Assembly (NCBI GenBank): GCA_964453955.1
Contig: CAYVPZ010000001.1
Span: 1 to 44,704 of the forward strand
Length of the DNA stretch: 44,704 nucleotides
Direction: 5' to 3'
From: an uncultured Solibacteraceae bacterium
Lineage (GTDB): Bacteria > Acidobacteriota > Terriglobia > Bryobacterales > Bryobacteraceae
This document shows, piece by piece, positions 42,250-44,704 of the stretch (position 1 is the first letter of the stretch; each line of letters begins with the position of its first letter). A program made the translations under genes and the position numbers. The notes under the pieces are model-generated. The model had not been told where the DNA came from. It worked only from the letters and a program-made list of their open reading frames with translations, and searched no databases.

Positions 42250-42812
42250 ACCGGGTGCACCGCTGGCTCTGCCGCTCCGCGCGCTGGCAGCGGACCGTGG
42301 AGACGCAGATCCTGCCCTGGGTTCTCGATGGAGTGGACCTGGGCGCCGAAGTTCTGGAGGTTGGCCCCGGCCCCGGAATCACCACCGAACTGCTGTGCGC
42401 GCGCGTTTCGCATCTGACCTGCGTGGAAATCGACGATGGTCTGGCGGCCTCGCTCGCTCGCCGCATGGCCGGCCGGAACGTGACCGTACTCCATGAAGAC
42501 GCCACGGCCACGTCGCTCGCGGAAGCGGCCTTCGATGGCGCAGTGTCGTTCACTATGCTCCATCACGTCCCCTCCGTGGCGCTGCAGGACCGCCTGCTGG
42601 CCGAGGTGTCCCGGGTGCTGCGGCCGGGCGGAATCTTCGCTGGCGTGGACAGCCTGTACAGCCGTGCGTTCGGCCTGCTGCACCTGTTCGACACGATGGT
42701 GGTGGTGGACCCGCGGACCTTCCCCGAGCGGCTCGCAGCCGCGGGGTTCGGCGATATCGATGTCGCGGTGAACGAGCACGCTTTCCGGTTCCGCGCTCGA
42801 CGGCATTTGTAA
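42246..42812 (+). CDS. class I SAM-dependent methyltransferase
   Basis: ATG overlaps the VOC stop (ATGA). Motif I VLEVGPGPGITTELL, later AVSFTMLHHV...LRPGGIFAG. Confidence 0.78.
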   Translation: MNRVHRWLCRSARWQRTVETQILPWVLDGVDLGAEVLEVGPGPGITTELLCARVSHLTCVEIDDGLAASLARRMAGRNVTVLHEDATATSLAEAAFDGAVSFTMLHHVPSVALQDRLLAEVSRVLRPGGIFAGVDSLYSRAFGLLHLFDTMVVVDPRTFPERLAAAGFGDIDVAVNEHAFRFRARRHL

Positions 42813-42994
42813 AGGTTTGTGTCTAATAGGCGCCCGGTCAGTCCAGGACTGAAACGCCTTCTTTCCGGTGAGCGTCCCTACTGCAGCGAATCGACCGGCA
42901 CGGACCCGATGTGTCTGCGCCTGAGGGGCATCCGAAAGACTGCAGTACATTTCGGGGATGCGTTTCGCACGATTACACGGTAAAGGGAGATCTC

Positions 42995-43666
42995 GTGAGA
43001 ATAGCAGGTCGTTGTTTTCTTTTTGCAGCGTTAGTGGCGTTCGGCGCTTCGCTGGCCAGCGCGCAAAGCGCAGTCGATATCGGCATGGGCTTCGGGGCCG
43101 CGTGGGACAAATCGAACGGCCAGGGCATCGACAATGCGTCGTCGGCTAACGCCTACGGCGCGTGCACGCCGAACTCCGGAGACACCTATTGCCAAACTAC
43201 CGGGAGCATGAACGGCTTCTTCCTTGGCTTTGGAGGAGACATCATGCTTTACAAGCATTTCGGCGTGGGCGCGGAATTCAACGTCCAACCATCCCAGCAT
43301 ACCTACGGGCCACTGACCGACCGCCAGTTGTTCTACGATTTTAACGGCGTGTACCAGCCTTACCAGACCAAACGCATGGCGCTGCGGATAGAGGGCGGCA
43401 TCGGCGGGGCGCGAACCAGCTTTAATATCTCGGAAAGCGGCTGTGTCGGAAACAATGTCGCCTGCAGCACCGAGGTGGAACCCGTTGGCACCGATAGTCA
43501 TTTTCAGATTCACGCCGGCGTGGGCCTGCAGATCTATCTGGCCCACCACCTGTTCATTCGGCCGCAGTTCGATTTTCACTACGTACCCGGCCTCAACAAC
43601 GACTTCAGCAGCAACGCGGTGCCCGAGGCCACGGTCTGGGTCGGGTTTACCAGCGGCGGCGATTAA
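42995..43666 (+). CDS. small outer-membrane beta-barrel (porin-family/OmpW-like) protein
   Basis: GTG at 42995 preceded by AAAGGGAGA. Signal RIAGRCFLFAALVAFGASLASAQ. Alternating-hydrophobic strands (FFLGFGGDIMLY, VGAEFNVQ, MALRIEGGIGGA, FQIHAGVGLQIYL, LFIRPQFDFHYV, ATVWVGF). Confidence 0.7.
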   Translation: MRIAGRCFLFAALVAFGASLASAQSAVDIGMGFGAAWDKSNGQGIDNASSANAYGACTPNSGDTYCQTTGSMNGFFLGFGGDIMLYKHFGVGAEFNVQPSQHTYGPLTDRQLFYDFNGVYQPYQTKRMALRIEGGIGGARTSFNISESGCVGNNVACSTEVEPVGTDSHFQIHAGVGLQIYLAHHLFIRPQFDFHYVPGLNNDFSSNAVPEATVWVGFTSGGD

Positions 43667-43672
43667 GGCAGG

Positions 43673-44350
43673 CTATTGGAGCCCGGCCAGTTCGGTGAGG
43701 CTGAGTTTACCCGTGTAAACCGCCATGCCGAGGGCGGCGTGGATGTTGAGCCGCTGCAGTTCACGGACCTCGTCGAGCGTAGTGATGCCTCCGGCCGCGG
43801 TGATTTCGTGGCCGGTGGCGGCCCGCAGACGGCGGAACCACGCGAGGTCGGTGCCCTGCATCATGCCTTCCTTGTCCACATAGGTGCACAGGAAACCCGA
43901 GCAGTACGGCTCGAAGCGCTGCAGCACTTCTTCGGCGGTGAACGCGGTTTTTTCGCGCCAGCCCTTCACCACGATGCAGCCTTCCTTCGAATCGAGCGCG
44001 ACCACCACTCGTTCGCGGCCCACGGAGCCGCAAATCTCTTCGAGCGCTGGCGTGAAGGCCGCGGTCCCCACGATCACCCGGTAAGCGCCTTGTTCGATCA
44101 GTCTGCGCGCCCGTTCGGCCGAGCGCACTCCTCCACCCACGCGGCAGCTGGCCCGCGAAGCCAGCAGCTCAACCAGATCGTCGTTGGCGCCGTTTCCGAT
44201 GGCCGCATCGAGGTCGATTACCTGGATTTGCGGGAAGGCGGCGAAGCGCTTGAGCATGGCCAGCGGCGCATCGCCCTCCAGCGCTTTCTCGCGGCCCTGG
44301 ACAAGCTGCACCACCTTACCGCCCATGAGATCGATGCAGGGGAGGATCAC
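43673..44350 (-). CDS. hisA: HisA-type ProFAR isomerase
   Basis: The GTG at 44350 overlaps the hisF stop (GTGA). [19 protein letters not shown]...VIDLDAAIG...RVGGGVRS...VIVGTAAF...VVALDS...[14 protein letters not shown]...ITAAGGITT. The upstream 97 codons of ORF 43673..44641 overlap hisF and were discarded. Confidence 0.85.
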   Translation of the reverse strand: MILPCIDLMGGKVVQLVQGREKALEGDAPLAMLKRFAAFPQIQVIDLDAAIGNGANDDLVELLASRASCRVGGGVRSAERARRLIEQGAYRVIVGTAAFTPALEEICGSVGRERVVVALDSKEGCIVVKGWREKTAFTAEEVLQRFEPYCSGFLCTYVDKEGMMQGTDLAWFRRLRAATGHEITAAGGITTLDEVRELQRLNIHAALGMAVYTGKLSLTELAGLQ

Positions 44351-44704
44351 GCGGGCCTCACCGGCACGCCGCACCCGGCAAGGTAGCGTTTCAGGTCGCC
44401 AACCGTATACGTGCCGTAATGAAAGATAGAGGCGGCCAGTGCCGCATCGGCCAGGCCCTCGGTGAGCACGCGGCTGAAATGATCGAGCTGGCCGGCGCCG
44501 CCGGAAGCGATGATGGGAATGTGCGTGGCGCGCGACGCGGCCGAGGTGAGCGCGCAGTCGAAGCCCTGCTGCACGCCGTCGGTATCCATGGAAGTGAGCA
44601 GGATCTCGCCCGCGCCCAGCGCTTCGCCGCGCTCGGCCCACTCGATGGCGTCGATGCCTTCGTCGTCGCGTCCGCCGCGCGTGAACACGTTCCAGCCGCC
44701 GCGC
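44347..44704 (-). CDS. hisF: imidazole glycerol phosphate synthase cyclase subunit HisF, C-terminal part (gene starts beyond the right edge)
   Basis: ...[58 protein letters not shown]...[32 protein letters not shown] matches the HisF C-terminus. Confidence 0.9.
   Translation of the reverse strand, partial: RGGWNVFTRGGRDDEGIDAIEWAERGEALGAGEILLTSMDTDGVQQGFDCALTSAASRATHIPIIASGGAGQLDHFSRVLTEGLADAALAASIFHYGTYTVGDLKRYLAGCGVPVRPA

Noticed and set aside
42813-42994. 182-nt intergenic region upstream of the OM beta-barrel gene, examined for a riboswitch, an sRNA or a terminator (GGCG...CGCC followed by TTCTTT; two CTGCAG sites).
   Set aside because: Only weak, short stems and no recognisable riboswitch consensus. 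This is insufficient to call an RNA element.

Overview
High-GC (hand counts of about 65-75% on most 60-nt lines) chromosomal window from a diderm bacterium. BamD, an OM beta-barrel protein and Wza are present. An Acidobacteriota-like origin is only a low-confidence guess from the gene content. I found no rRNA, tRNA, CRISPR array, transposase or integrase by eye.

Layout:
- 1-552: 5' part of cydA, running off the left edge.
- 0.7-3.7 kb: a regulatory head made of a degenerate GGDEF protein, a specialised NusG paralog and a membrane J-domain protein.
- 3.7-23.3 kb: a 17-gene, co-directional, tightly overlapping Wzx/Wzy-type exopolysaccharide locus. It encodes an RHH regulator, Wza, a Wzc-type tyrosine kinase, a flippase, a polymerase, 4 glycosyltransferases, 3 methyltransferases, a DUF2334-like deacetylase, an AsnB-like amidotransferase and 2 SDR enzymes. 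It ends in a WecA/MraY-type initiating transferase carrying an unusual C-terminal 4TM+Rossmann module.
- 23.3-27.2 kb: a convergent 1300-aa Tat-signal GH2-like protein.
- 27.2-36.2 kb: an accessory stretch with gluconolactonase, a Phd/Doc-type toxin-antitoxin pair, an alpha/beta hydrolase, an M28/PSMA-like peptidase, a VOC+YafY pair, a PQQ-type dehydrogenase with a c-type cytochrome protein, and another VOC.
- 36.2-41.8 kb, minus strand: a housekeeping-like run of an HMBD metal-binding protein, purS, an orphan response regulator coupled to bamD, rpe, rsmB and an AraC regulator.
- Right end: VOC + methyltransferase, an OM beta-barrel protein, hisA and partial hisF.

Strongest non-genic signal: a roughly 60-80-nt palindromic double-hairpin repeat present twice (28.9 kb and 32.6 kb).

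Most second-look candidates are architectural or regulatory oddities in and around the EPS locus. I cannot show that any of them is a truly undescribed system without database or structure searches.

The many long ORFs antisense to, or out of frame with, recognisable genes are treated as high-GC artefacts.
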